Below are positions 17,867 to 27,521 of a DNA stretch of 64,000 nt, piece after piece; the first letter of the stretch is position 1, and each line of letters opens with the position of its first letter. The translations under genes and the position numbers were made by a program. This DNA comes from a virus (Duplodnaviria; Caudoviricetes), in IMG/VR virus record IMGVR_UViG_3300025735_000009, positions 1 through 64,000 of that record, one strand, 5' to 3'. Below the pieces are notes generated by a model that was given only the letters and a program-made list of their open reading frames with translations, searched no databases and was not told where the DNA came from.

Positions 17867-19416
17867 GGCTGCACCTCAAGCTGCAGGCGGTAAGCCTTTG
17901 CCGCGGCCACGTCCTCGGCAGTCACGGTGTACGGCTCGATATCGCGCACCTCGTAGAATTTCACATCGCAGTGGCGATCGACCCAGGCCCGCATAGGCTC
18001 CATCAGGCTCTCAAGCTCATCCTGCTGCTCTTTGGTCAGGTCTGGGAAGTTGTCGGCATACTCGCTGTTGTCGTACGCCTGGTTGGCCATGTGATTGATT
18101 ACGTCGTCAATGTCCGGCAGGAAACTGCTCGGCGTGGCGTGGTGGGTCGTGCCACGGTAGATCACAGTACCCGCCACCAGCTCGCGATCGCTCACATAGC
18201 TGGCCAGGCTGTCATTGCTCCAGTCGTCGCAGTGCTCTTTCGGACCGTAGGCGTACTCGACGGGCTTGGCGCGCTCCATCAGCGCCAGCACGCGCGGGCT
18301 GGACAGCACCTTGTCGATACCCGCCACCGTTTCAATCGCGGCCTTGTTGTTCTCCCAGGCGTGGGCGGCAACGATGAAACCGCGCGCGTGCATCAGTTCC
18401 ACGTTGCGTACCGCGATCTCTTCTGCGTGCTCATGCATGCGCTGTATCGATTCTTTGCCCTGACTGGTCAAGCTGGCCTGCAGGCGCTGCGCCACAGCCT
18501 TCCAGTGCTCCACAGCGGTCCACGGCGACGGGACCACCTTAGCAACGTACCCTTGCGCCGACATATTGAGCACGCTGACGTGCATGTCGGCCTGATCCTC
18601 ACTGGCGAAGCCCAGGTACTCGCCCGTTTCGAGCATCTGCACGGCATACAGGCCGCTGCTCGCCTCCTGGCGCGCATCCTCGCAAATCGCTTCAAGGTGC
18701 GACTTCTCGGCCTCTGTCATCAGCTCCCCGCCACGCTTCACGGCATCGGAAAGCTCTTTCTGGGCCAGGATCTGTTCGGCAGCATGCTGGGCAAAGTAGA
18801 TCCGCTGCATCACGCTATCGGTGGGTTTTTCGATCTCTTCACCTTCATCACCGGACAGCTCAAGCAGTTCCTGGTGGTCATCCAGCCACAGGCGGGCGCT
18901 CTCAATCGAATTGACCTCAAGGTTTTGCACCTCCCGCAGCGCCACCACCAGGGCACCATACTCGCCGTCTTTGCATGGCGTTCCGATCAGCCAGTCATCC
19001 AGCTGCTGGATACGCTCAGCATCAGGCGCCGTGTCTGGCAGCCAGTCGGGCTGGCCTGGCGTGTTGCGGGTGAACAGCAGGTGATAGATCGCATCGAACA
19101 CGATCATCACCAGGTTTTCTTCGTCCAGGTCCTTTTCCCGGCAGCTCTCGTCCAGCTTCATGAACGCCGCGTGCTCATCACCACGAGCCAGGAACTCAAG
19201 GCCATAGGAACCGGCAACGTCCCATACCAGGCAGCCGGTATCGCCAAACATGGCCGTGCCGTAGCGCGACATGACCAAGTCAAATCCATCGGCACTGCTG
19301 CCCGGCTTCTGCGCGCGCCAGGCCTCCAGGTTGCCGGTCTTGGCCAGCAGCGTGTACTGGTGATCCTTGAGGCGTTCGGCGCAGCTTTCGGGGGTTGGCT
19401 TGTATTGCTTGGTCAT
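17863..19416 (-). CDS. large hypothetical protein (517 aa)
   Basis: Long ORF; preceded by AATCAGCCAGATA and RBS GGAAGGA. Confidence 0.8.
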   Translation of the reverse strand: MTKQYKPTPESCAERLKDHQYTLLAKTGNLEAWRAQKPGSSADGFDLVMSRYGTAMFGDTGCLVWDVAGSYGLEFLARGDEHAAFMKLDESCREKDLDEENLVMIVFDAIYHLLFTRNTPGQPDWLPDTAPDAERIQQLDDWLIGTPCKDGEYGALVVALREVQNLEVNSIESARLWLDDHQELLELSGDEGEEIEKPTDSVMQRIYFAQHAAEQILAQKELSDAVKRGGELMTEAEKSHLEAICEDARQEASSGLYAVQMLETGEYLGFASEDQADMHVSVLNMSAQGYVAKVVPSPWTAVEHWKAVAQRLQASLTSQGKESIQRMHEHAEEIAVRNVELMHARGFIVAAHAWENNKAAIETVAGIDKVLSSPRVLALMERAKPVEYAYGPKEHCDDWSNDSLASYVSDRELVAGTVIYRGTTHHATPSSFLPDIDDVINHMANQAYDNSEYADNFPDLTKEQQDELESLMEPMRAWVDRHCDVKFYEVRDIEPYTVTAEDVAAAKAYRLQLEVQP

Positions 19417-19473
19417 GCGGGCATTCCTTCCATGCGTTCGGGTTTATCTGGCTGATTGGCTTGCAGGGTATTG

Positions 19474-19734
19474 CTACTTCACGCCGCCCCAGCGGCCGCG
19501 GGGGCCAATGCTGGGCGGTGGGACTGGGGGTTGCTCATCCCATGGCAGGCGGTCACCGAGGCGTTTCAACGACGTCAGTTCGCCTTCTGGCATCGGCGGC
19601 AGCTCGCATTCGATAGTCAGGTCCTGCACCAGGAACGGCGGCCAGTTCTTGACGGTTACGGGGATCGGGTCAAATCCCTCGATGTGCAGCACGGCATTGG
19701 TGCCTTGGTACCGGGGGTGCGCTGGGTGGGTCAT
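19474..19734 (-). CDS. hypothetical protein
   Basis: MTHPAH start. Confidence 0.5.
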   Translation of the reverse strand: MTHPAHPRYQGTNAVLHIEGFDPIPVTVKNWPPFLVQDLTIECELPPMPEGELTSLKRLGDRLPWDEQPPVPPPSIGPRGRWGGVK

Positions 19735-19747
19735 GGTGCTGACCCGG

Positions 19748-20176
19748 TTACAGGAAAGAGCGGCTGACGTCGCCGGATACGGTGGACACGCTGCCACCGA
19801 TCGAGCGGCACAAGACGTCGCCTGACGTGGTGCTGACCCCGCCCTGGACATTGCCGCACTTCACGTCACCGCTGGTGGCCGATACGGTACCCGCGGTGCC
19901 GTTAACGGTGATATCACCGGAATCAGTCTGAACAGAGGCAGGGCTACCGTTTACGGTCACGTTTACCGTGGGCCCGGACAGCACGCCATCCTGGTCGACG
20001 CCATCGACACGCACCCGGCCGCCGACAATCTCGACGCTCGAACCGCTGTAGGTCTTGCCGTTGATCCGCACCACGGCATTACCACCGGTGCGGACCTTCA
20101 TGGAGCCGGCGCCGACGTGGCACGAATTGGTAGAAGACAGCGCCCCCAGCAGGGCGCGGCAAAGATTCTTGATCAT
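19748..20176 (-). CDS. beta-strand repeat protein (DUF4097/adhesin-like)
   Basis: Repeated TSGDV/SGDI units. Confidence 0.7.
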   Translation of the reverse strand: MIKNLCRALLGALSSTNSCHVGAGSMKVRTGGNAVVRINGKTYSGSSVEIVGGRVRVDGVDQDGVLSGPTVNVTVNGSPASVQTDSGDITVNGTAGTVSATSGDVKCGNVQGGVSTTSGDVLCRSIGGSVSTVSGDVSRSFL

Positions 20177-20367
20177 GAGTTGGTCACCATACGATGGGTT
20201 TCGGCGTGGTCGTGGGCGTGCAGCAGGGCAACAATCATCCCCTTGGGCACGCCAGCGGCCTTGGCAGTGTCGAGCGCTGCAGCGATCGCCCGGTCGAGCT
20301 CGTGCAGCGCCTTGCGTTGTTCTTTGGGAGCGGCCCATTCGGCCATGACGGCTACTGCGTGCGTCAC
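20173..20367 (-). CDS. hypothetical protein
   Basis: GTGA/ATGA overlaps. Confidence 0.55.
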   Translation of the reverse strand: MTHAVAVMAEWAAPKEQRKALHELDRAIAAALDTAKAAGVPKGMIVALLHAHDHAETHRMVTNS

Positions 20368-20783
20368 GACGGCAGCACCAGTACGGCAGGAATCTGGACG
20401 ATATCGCCGCCAAACTCGTCCACGATCGCCAGGCATGCCGCCATGGGGTAGGTGTCAGCAGGCTGCGGCCGACGATTCAGATTTTTGTCAGTCAGCCACG
20501 CTTGAACTGGTGGCAAGTCTTCGGGCCCCGAACGACCTCGATCGCCAGCGATGAAGTTGATCTGATATTTGTCGATCAACGGGCCGCACTGGCTCCAATC
20601 GTCTTGAGGCGAGAACGGCACCATCTTCCCACCGTCAACGGTACTGAAAACGGTTGTCTCTTTGCTCTCAGGATCATGAGTCAGGCCTACGGGCAGGGCC
20701 AGAACCTTGCCAACTGCCCATGCCAGGGCTTTCCCGGTAAGGTCCTTAGTGGCGACGTCCACCGGCGTTAGGTTGAAAGTCAC
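20364..20783 (-). CDS. NinX/DUF2591-like protein
   Basis: LTGKALAWAVG...FSPQDDWSQCGPLIDKY. Confidence 0.75.
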   Translation of the reverse strand: MTFNLTPVDVATKDLTGKALAWAVGKVLALPVGLTHDPESKETTVFSTVDGGKMVPFSPQDDWSQCGPLIDKYQINFIAGDRGRSGPEDLPPVQAWLTDKNLNRRPQPADTYPMAACLAIVDEFGGDIVQIPAVLVLPS

Positions 20784-21520
20784 TGTGCTGCTCCTTTGGA
20801 TTCGGCTGCCCGGGGGCGCTTGTGTTTGATCGGGGCGCCATCTGCAGGCGCCGGCGACGTGCCGGCGAAGGCCGACTGGCCGCCGCTCTCGTAACTTGGG
20901 GTGGTGCCCTCCACCAGGAACGGTTCCACCAGATGCCACGTCCACTTACCGTTCAGGGCCTGGGTCAGCCATTCGGCCCACGCCGGGGCGTCCTTCCAGC
21001 TGGGCGGCTGCTTTACCTTGGAACGGGGCTTGGTGGCGCGGGTGGGCTTGGCCTTGCCTGGCGCCAGCTTCGTGGCCATCACGCCTTTCTCTTTGGCCTC
21101 GGCGGCTTCGCGAACGCGTAGGCCTTGCTCGAAGACTTTGCTCACGGTGGCGGAACCCAGGCCATCGGCTGGATCGATGCCGCGTGCGCAGTGGGGGCAG
21201 CATGGGAGCTGGTTGCGGGAGCGCCAGACGCTTTCCACCTGCTTGGCGGCTTTGAGGTGAAGGCTCACCTCGCTGGCGGCCTTGGCGTCGTCTTTCTCAC
21301 GCTGCAGCCGGCTTACTTGGCTCTTCCAGTCCGCCGCCAGCATGCTCAACGCCCAATAGGCGGAAACCTGCTTCTCACAGTCCATGCACTTGACCACCTG
21401 GCCGACGTCATCGAGCTGGATATGCCTGTGCTGGCAACCCTCAACGCGGCGCTTGTAGTCGTCTTTCAGCCTGGCAATCTGCAGGTCTGCGAACTGAATA
21501 ACGTTGGTGGAATCGCTCAT
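20780..21520 (-). CDS. hypothetical protein with Cys motifs
   Basis: CQH, CMDC and CCPHC motifs; downstream of operator 21557. Confidence 0.7.
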   Translation of the reverse strand: MSDSTNVIQFADLQIARLKDDYKRRVEGCQHRHIQLDDVGQVVKCMDCEKQVSAYWALSMLAADWKSQVSRLQREKDDAKAASEVSLHLKAAKQVESVWRSRNQLPCCPHCARGIDPADGLGSATVSKVFEQGLRVREAAEAKEKGVMATKLAPGKAKPTRATKPRSKVKQPPSWKDAPAWAEWLTQALNGKWTWHLVEPFLVEGTTPSYESGGQSAFAGTSPAPADGAPIKHKRPRAAESKGAAQ

Positions 21521-21556
21521 GTCCGGCCCCATATATCGCATGGCCAGCATTCTACC

Positions 21557-21567
21557 TATCCGCGTAC
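21557..21567 (-). promoter_or_regulatory. operator motif immediately upstream of a TAGAAT -10 box
   Basis: - strand ATGTACGCGGATAGG-TAGAAT. Confidence 0.8.
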
Positions 21568-21621
21568 ATTCGTAATAGCGTTTTGTTTATTAATTTAGGC
21601 TATTTGGCATGTTGCGGGCAC

Positions 21622-21646
21622 AAAAAAGCCCCGGCGATCGGGGCTT
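21622..21646 (-). terminator. intrinsic terminator
   Basis: GCCCC stem with T6 on - strand. Confidence 0.7.
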
Positions 21647-21665
21647 ATTGGAGGGCGCACGGCCG

Positions 21666-22160
21666 TCAACTGCTCGAGGCCGCCATGTGTTCGAGCCCTT
21701 CCGCCAGCTGCTGGAAGGCCAGCAGGATGCGCGGCGGCAGCCCCCCGCGGTAGCGTTGTGGGGCGTCTATCCGCCATTCTTGACCAATGAAGGTGATCGT
21801 CCACGAATACAGCGTTGCCTGGGTGCTCTGGTAGCGCTCCACGAACTGATAGGCGCGGCACTGTTCGTTGTCCTCGCCGTAGTAGGACCAGCCCCGGCTA
21901 TCGACGAACTCGCGCCCAGCGAAGTCTGTAACCCACACGGCCAGCTCATCGCGCAGGGTGCCGTTCATAAAGATGGGCACCGCCCATTCGGCCGCATTCT
22001 TGAATGGGTACGCCCCCAGCGCCTGCAGACGCTTGGCAATGTCGTCAAGCTCGGCGTGTGGCTGCTGCCGGGGTATGCCAGCGCTTGCATCACCAATGCG
22101 CCCGATGGCTCTGGCCACGATTTCGCCTATGTCCTGGTCCTGATCGGATTTCATGCTCAT
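21666..22160 (-). CDS. hypothetical protein
   Basis: MSMKSD start with AAGGAG. Confidence 0.6.
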   Translation of the reverse strand: MSMKSDQDQDIGEIVARAIGRIGDASAGIPRQQPHAELDDIAKRLQALGAYPFKNAAEWAVPIFMNGTLRDELAVWVTDFAGREFVDSRGWSYYGEDNEQCRAYQFVERYQSTQATLYSWTITFIGQEWRIDAPQRYRGGLPPRILLAFQQLAEGLEHMAASSS

Positions 22161-22345
22161 GGCTCCTTGGTGTGCCCACAGTGCTTGCACTGGTAGCCGC
22201 TGTAGCTGGGGTTCGAGTCGCAATCGTGCCACTCCATGGGGGTGAAGTGACACCGGGGCCAGTTGCGCAAATGCTCGGCATCGGCCGCCGCACCGGCCGC
22301 CATGATCTGCTGATACTCAGCCTCGGACATTTCAATCAACGGCAT
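22157..22345 (-). CDS. small Cys-rich hypothetical protein
   Basis: CKHCG; leader motif upstream. Confidence 0.6.
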   Translation of the reverse strand: MPLIEMSEAEYQQIMAAGAAADAEHLRNWPRCHFTPMEWHDCDSNPSYSGYQCKHCGHTKEP

Positions 22346-22511
22346 GGCTGTATGTTCTCATTCTGGCTGATCTCTGTTCGTGCGGTTGTGGTCGCCCACT
22401 TTGCCGGCTGGTGGATGCCGGATTCTTTTGAAGTGGCCCCCGGTCGTGTTCAGGCTGGGGGCCTCGATTTAACATACATCTACTTACGCGCAGGGCGTGG
22501 GCACCGGGCCA

Positions 22512-22763
22512 TCACCCGGCCAGCAGCGACTCCGCCTCGCGCACCGCTTGCCGCACCTTGTTGCGCAACACGACCCGGCCGCGCGCTGCCCGCTGCGCCG
22601 CGCTCACTTTGTCGATCAGGCTGTGCAAGCCTTCCTGAGCGCTGACCAGGTCGGCGGGCGGCTCGCTGCACTGCTCGATCAGGCTCGACAGGTAGCCGCC
22701 GGCATCGTGCAGCGCGGTCAGCTCGGTGGCGGCCAGGTAGATGGATGCGCCTTGCTTGGCCAT
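22512..22763 (-). CDS. hypothetical protein
   Basis: RBS GAGG; operon orientation. Confidence 0.6.
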   Translation of the reverse strand: MAKQGASIYLAATELTALHDAGGYLSSLIEQCSEPPADLVSAQEGLHSLIDKVSAAQRAARGRVVLRNKVRQAVREAESLLAG

Positions 22764-22796
22764 GGCTTACCTCGGTAGCAGGGGGTGGGGGTTCGG

Positions 22797-23066
22797 TTAC
22801 TTACTGAGGGGGCACAAGCGAGTCATGAACGCATAGAGCGATGCATCTAACTCGCCACGCGCCATCAGCTCTGCCAAGCGCGGATCACCCGAGTCTCGCA
22901 GCCACGCGGCCACCTGACTCAACGCCGGGGCCACTTCGTCCGTCACATCCGAATCGCCCGCCATGCCCACCCACAGTGCGCCGCTGCTTTCGTACAGCAA
23001 ACGATCAAAGGCCAGATACAGGGCGACAATCACATCACGCGGGTCAATCGGTGTGGGAGCAGTCAT
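22797..23066 (-). CDS. hypothetical protein
   Basis: RBS AAGGA. Confidence 0.6.
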   Translation of the reverse strand: MTAPTPIDPRDVIVALYLAFDRLLYESSGALWVGMAGDSDVTDEVAPALSQVAAWLRDSGDPRLAELMARGELDASLYAFMTRLCPLSK

Positions 23067-23118
23067 GGGCGGAGTTCCTTAAATAATGAGGGGGTGGGTT
23101 CAGGCGTTTCGGGAACAG

Positions 23119-23373
23119 TCACCTTGGGCATTCGCACGCCTCCTGGGCTTTCTGGTTGAGCGCATCAATCACCTCAGCCGCCTTGTCGTTGAGCTCTGCC
23201 ATCAGCGTGCGGTGCATTGGGGTATCGATCAGGTTCTCAACGCGCAACGCCGCCAGCCAGCCCGAAGCGACACCGCGCCGATTGATGAAGTCGTGCAGGT
23301 CGCTGGAATCGCTCAGCTGCTCGATCTTGTTCCTGGCCGATTGCACGGTGCTGGCTTTGTTCATGGTGCTCAT
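23119..23373 (-). CDS. hypothetical protein
   Basis: Operon orientation. Confidence 0.6.
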   Translation of the reverse strand: MSTMNKASTVQSARNKIEQLSDSSDLHDFINRRGVASGWLAALRVENLIDTPMHRTLMAELNDKAAEVIDALNQKAQEACECPR

Positions 23374-23376
23374 AGG

Positions 23377-23574
23377 TCAGGGTTCTCGCTTGATCGTATG
23401 GCTGTAACGCACGCACGGCGCGTGGATTACAAACTCGGCCGGCTCATCGCTCGCGGGTGCAGGGTTGGCCTGGGCCTCAGCGACTTTGGCGTCACAGTAG
23501 ATAGCCAATGCCGCTACAGGGTTGGACGATGCCAATGCTTCCGCCAAGGCGACTTCGTAATCGGTTTCGCTCAT
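23377..23574 (-). CDS. hypothetical protein
   Basis: ATGA overlap. Confidence 0.55.
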   Translation of the reverse strand: MSETDYEVALAEALASSNPVAALAIYCDAKVAEAQANPAPASDEPAEFVIHAPCVRYSHTIKREP

Positions 23575-23927
23575 CCTTTCGGGCCCTCTTCGGCCGGCGC
23601 TGGGCTCAATTCGTCTTTCACCCAAAAACCGCCCTCTTTGCAGCTGTAGCAATGATCCGAGCCATTCCGGTGCTTGTAATCACCGTGGCAATCCGCGCAC
23701 GCCTCCCAGCGATAGCTTGGGTTGGCCGGCAATGACGCGCCGTCGGGGTAATGGACCTGCAGGGCAATGCCACAGGCATCGCAAAAGCTCAGCCGCCGGT
23801 TATCCGGCGATTTCTCGCCTTTGTAGTCAATTCCATGCTGGGCCAGGCTAAGAACGCCATTGAGGGCGCTACACTTTGGGCAGTAGTAAATCCCGCGCAT
23901 ATCCGCATGAACATCAATAACTTGCAT
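23571..23927 (-). CDS. putative zinc-binding protein
   Basis: CPKC, CDAC, CADC and CYSC motifs; GGAGG RBS. Confidence 0.7.
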   Translation of the reverse strand: MQVIDVHADMRGIYYCPKCSALNGVLSLAQHGIDYKGEKSPDNRRLSFCDACGIALQVHYPDGASLPANPSYRWEACADCHGDYKHRNGSDHCYSCKEGGFWVKDELSPAPAEEGPKG

Positions 23928-23936
23928 GGCAGCCTC

Positions 23937-24344
23937 CTAGTCGATCAGGTAATGGCCCTTGTCGACCTCGTACTGCTTTTCCCGATCGTCAATCAGGTGG
24001 CGAAGGTCGGCCGCGGTGCCGTCGAAGTTGGCCAGGTCGGTGTCGCGCAGCTTTTCGAGCTCGCGCAGATTCTCGGCCGCCAGCTGCTTGCGCTTCTCGA
24101 TCATGGTCCGGCACGTCTCCATGAACACTGGGCAGCTTTCGGTATGTTCCCGGTACCAGCTGGCCAGGCGCATGAAGATGACCAGGTGCTGCTCGTCAAA
24201 GTTGCTCAGGCTGTCGCCGCGGAATTTCCAGGTGTTGCCGTTGTACATGGACAGCACGAAGGCCTGCAGGCTCAGTGCGGTCGAGTAGTTGGCACCGATC
24301 AGCTTGTCGCGATAAAGGGCGAAGGGGTTGTCGTTTGCGCTCAC
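23937..24344 (-). CDS. hypothetical protein
   Basis: GTG start with GAAGGA. Confidence 0.65.
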   Translation of the reverse strand: MSANDNPFALYRDKLIGANYSTALSLQAFVLSMYNGNTWKFRGDSLSNFDEQHLVIFMRLASWYREHTESCPVFMETCRTMIEKRKQLAAENLRELEKLRDTDLANFDGTAADLRHLIDDREKQYEVDKGHYLID

Positions 24345-24384
24345 AGCTTGATTCCTTCAATGCGTGGGTAGTCAGTAGAGTGGT

Positions 24385-24639
24385 TTACTGCTCCAGCTCG
24401 AGCAGGCGAGCCGTTGCAACGTTCTCGATCAACACATACAGCCTTTCAACATCCGGCGCCGGTATCGCCTTGAGCAGCTCCAGCGCCTTGACCAGGCCCT
24501 CGGTACCGGCCTGCAGAATCAGGCAATTGACCGGCGTGTCAGCTTGCTCGATCCGCACCAGCTCTTTGCGAAGCTCGGCCTCGAGCACGGCCGGCATCAC
24601 CAGGCCGCGAACCAGCGCACCACCCTCGCGCCAGCTCAT
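24385..24639 (-). CDS. hypothetical protein
   Basis: ATGA overlap. Confidence 0.6.
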   Translation of the reverse strand: MSWREGGALVRGLVMPAVLEAELRKELVRIEQADTPVNCLILQAGTEGLVKALELLKAIPAPDVERLYVLIENVATARLLELEQ

Positions 24640-24896
24640 TTCGGGGTGTGCCTGATCAGATCGGGCAGGCGCTCCATCGCGCGGCGCAGCTCGTCCCACG
24701 GGTGACGGGCGAAGTCGCGCTGATTGCTGCAGCCGGCATGCGCATGCTCGAAGGGCAAGCCGGCATGAATGATGGACTGAAACGCCCCGCAGTCACGGCA
24801 GTGAATATCGGTGCGCACCAATTCCCAGGCCTCAGTGAACTTGCCCAGCTCTTCGGCCAGGCAGTCTTGGGCAAACTTGAAATCACGCTCACTCAT
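24636..24896 (-). CDS. hypothetical protein
   Basis: CRDC motif; ATGA overlap. Confidence 0.6.
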   Translation of the reverse strand: MSERDFKFAQDCLAEELGKFTEAWELVRTDIHCRDCGAFQSIIHAGLPFEHAHAGCSNQRDFARHPWDELRRAMERLPDLIRHTPK

Positions 24897-25168
24897 CGGC
24901 CAAGCCTCTTTTTGAATGACGCCGCCTTGTCTTTGTACAGGTGGGCCAGCTGGGCGCAGGCCGGCGCCGACACGGTGGCGGCATGGGCGATCGCGCGGCG
25001 CTTGGCTTCGGTCAGCCGCCCGATCGGCTCCCCGCTCTGTACCGCCACCGCGGCGTGCTGCAGGTCTTGCAGCCGTTCTTCGGCCGCTTTGGCAACATCC
25101 GGGGGCAGCCCCATGGCGTCGATGCGCTCAAGGGCGCCGGCCAGTTCGGCATAGCTTCGCTGAATCAT
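24893..25168 (-). CDS. hypothetical protein
   Basis: ATGA overlap. Confidence 0.6.
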   Translation of the reverse strand: MIQRSYAELAGALERIDAMGLPPDVAKAAEERLQDLQHAAVAVQSGEPIGRLTEAKRRAIAHAATVSAPACAQLAHLYKDKAASFKKRLGR

Positions 25169-25410
25169 TGGTTGTCCTTGTCGTTGATAGCGGGCTTTAC
25201 CGCAATCATTGCACAGGGCGCGGCGTCGGTCATTTTGCGGCTGACTGCCTGGGCGTGGAGCACGATCTGATAGCCGGCGACCATGCCACAGACAAAGAGC
25301 GCACCAGCACACGCCAGCCGTAGCCAGAAACTTTCGGACAGGACCGCGGGGGTCAGGAGAAGCGCGAAGGCCAGCAGGGCAAGCTGCGCGCGCATAAGGT
25401 GCTTGAACAT
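25165..25410 (-). CDS. small membrane protein
   Basis: Two hydrophobic segments. Confidence 0.65.
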   Translation of the reverse strand: MFKHLMRAQLALLAFALLLTPAVLSESFWLRLACAGALFVCGMVAGYQIVLHAQAVSRKMTDAAPCAMIAVKPAINDKDNQ

Positions 25411-25473
25411 TGAGGCTCCGCGGCTACTGGAAAGCCCCGCCTGGGGTGGCGAGGCCTTCGCAGTATAAGCACT

Positions 25474-25520
25474 AACGCGCGTTCGCGCTATCGCGCCTTA
25501 GTGCTTTCGCGCGTTCGCGC
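25474..25520. repeat. AACGCGCGTTCGCGC iteron cluster overlapping a promoter (-10 TATACT on - strand)
   Basis: Two copies; the same motif recurs in 7 other intergenic clusters. Confidence 0.75.
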
Positions 25521-26053
25521 TATTGAAGCCGCATCCCGTCGATCTCTTCGATACGGTCCACCAGGTCGGGGACCGCAGCCGCCAGCAGCATCAGTGCCCC
25601 CACCTTGCGTGGGTGGCCACCGCAGACAACGCCAGTGACGTCTTGCACCTCTATGGCGAGCTCCTTGATATGACTTAGGGGCTCCTGGCCATAGGTGCGC
25701 AGCGGGGCGTCGGGATCGAACGTCAGCCGCATACGCGCCAGCTCATCCTGCAGCGCCTTTACATGGAGCTCAAGGGCGCTACCGAGGCGCTCGGAGGTGT
25801 CGTGGTGGCTCCAGTCCTGCTCAGACAGCACGTCATTGATACTGATCACGCTGGCCTGCAGCGCCTCGAGCTCTTCGATCACCGGCAAGGCTTCACGGCG
25901 CAACGCGGTAGCCAGCTGACGCAGGGTCATTGAGTCATCACCAGGTACCGGCGTGCGGGGATGGTCGAGCAGCGCGTCAGCGGCCAGGCGCACCAGCTGC
26001 ACCAGGCGGGTTTCCCCATTGGGGGTGTGCGGGGCCTTTCTAGCCATTGTCAT
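25520..26053 (-). CDS. hypothetical protein
   Basis: GGGAGG RBS before MTMARK. Confidence 0.6.
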   Translation of the reverse strand: MTMARKAPHTPNGETRLVQLVRLAADALLDHPRTPVPGDDSMTLRQLATALRREALPVIEELEALQASVISINDVLSEQDWSHHDTSERLGSALELHVKALQDELARMRLTFDPDAPLRTYGQEPLSHIKELAIEVQDVTGVVCGGHPRKVGALMLLAAAVPDLVDRIEEIDGMRLQ

Positions 26054-26086
26054 CCTCCCGGTGCCCACAGGTACTGATAACGGCAC

Positions 26087-26392
26087 TCATGCTGTCACCC
26101 GCTCAGGCCGGAACACACAGCCGTCGTCGTTGAACTCGGCAATCACCTTGCCATCCTCGTCGAAGTACTTCGTATTCCAGCAGGGGTGGCAGTTGACGGG
26201 CCTGGGGCCACGGCGCATCTGGTTGGCAAAGGTAACGCCCAGGTTGGCGCCGATCATCTTGGTGATGGTACCGATATGGCCGTTTACCTCGACCTGCATG
26301 CCCAGGCGGGCGAACTCGATACCGCGCAGGCGCTCCATTTCCTCAACGAACTGCTTTTGCTTGGGGGTCAATGCTGGTGTCTTGCTGGTCAT
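26087..26392 (-). CDS. hypothetical protein
   Basis: NCHPCWNTKYFD motif typical of a small phage family. Confidence 0.6.
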   Translation of the reverse strand: MTSKTPALTPKQKQFVEEMERLRGIEFARLGMQVEVNGHIGTITKMIGANLGVTFANQMRRGPRPVNCHPCWNTKYFDEDGKVIAEFNDDGCVFRPERVTA

Positions 26393-26414
26393 GGTCAAAT
26401 TCCGGTTCAGGCGT

Positions 26415-27302
26415 TCAAAAAGAGTGGTCTTGTTCGGGCTCAGGCTCAGGGGCCGGAGCGTCGTTGTTCTGCAGGTAGTCCTGGGCCAGCTTGAGGCTGT
26501 AAATGGGAGCCAACCCGTCGTTGATATAGCCGTCGGTAGTCCAGCGGTGCCGATGCGCCTCAAAGGTGCACCAGCCTTTGCGCGCGACGTACTTGTACGC
26601 CACCAGGAACAGGTCGCTCATCAGCTGGAAGTGCGTGGCGCCTATCCTCATGCTTTCGACCAGGGCCTCAGCATGGGACTGGTTGATGCCAACCGGCAGG
26701 GGCTGCCCCTGGTATTCGATAGGGGGCGCCACATTGCGCGATTTCGCGTCGATCTGCATTTCCCGGAGGTTGCGCACCGGGCTCTTAGCAAAGCCCGCAG
26801 GATAATCGCTCTTGCAGTCTCTATCTGGCATACGGAACGCCTTGGGCTTGGTCAGCGGCCCATTGAACTCGTTGGGCGTGCGCTCGGCCGCCTTGGGAGC
26901 GGGAGCAGCTGACGGGGTGCTGGCGAGCTTCGGTGCCGGATCGGCCACCGGCTCAGTCACGGGCTCAGGCTCCGGTACCGCCTCGAGGACTGGCTCCGCT
27001 GCTGGCTGGACTGCAGGCGGGGCAACCGTCACCAGCTGGGGGCGCTGGCGGGGGCGGATGAGCTCAGGGCGTTCCTCCAAGGGGCGAAAGTCCGGCTCAT
27101 CCTCGCCGTGGCGGATGCTGGCCACCACGCGGCCCAGGTCGCTCTGGTCTTCCACCCAGGCCACCAGCGCCAGCCCGCGGGCCACCATCAGGTTGAGGTT
27201 GTCTTGACCGCAGCGGGCCATCAGGGCATCCAGCTTGCGCTTGCTCTCTTCGCCCATGGAGAAATTGAAGTCGTGCCGGATCGGCTTTTCGGCGGCGCTC
27301 AT
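26415..27302 (-). CDS. hypothetical protein (possible N-terminal ribbon-helix-helix, Pro-rich linker)
   Basis: FNFSMGEESKRKLDALMARCG N-terminus. Confidence 0.6.
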   Translation of the reverse strand: MSAAEKPIRHDFNFSMGEESKRKLDALMARCGQDNLNLMVARGLALVAWVEDQSDLGRVVASIRHGEDEPDFRPLEERPELIRPRQRPQLVTVAPPAVQPAAEPVLEAVPEPEPVTEPVADPAPKLASTPSAAPAPKAAERTPNEFNGPLTKPKAFRMPDRDCKSDYPAGFAKSPVRNLREMQIDAKSRNVAPPIEYQGQPLPVGINQSHAEALVESMRIGATHFQLMSDLFLVAYKYVARKGWCTFEAHRHRWTTDGYINDGLAPIYSLKLAQDYLQNNDAPAPEPEPEQDHSF

Positions 27303-27412
27303 GCGGCCGCCTTGCCGGGCATTGCCGGCGCCAGCGAGCGCTGGCGGTGGTGGGTTGTGATTCGCATTTGGGTGCTTCCTGTATCTGGCTGATTGCCGGA
27401 CCATAATACACT

Positions 27413-27460
27413 AACGCGCGTTCGCGCCAACGTGTTTTCGCGCGAACGCGCGTTCGCGCC
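27413..27460. repeat. AACGCGCGTTCGCGCC iteron cluster inside promoter TTGGCG-N16-TATTAT
   Basis: Copies at 27413 and 27445. Confidence 0.8.
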
Positions 27461-27521
27461 TTTTGCATTATGTATTATGACCCCAGCCGGAATACGCTGT
27501 AGGCCCCAGTTTGCGCACCGT

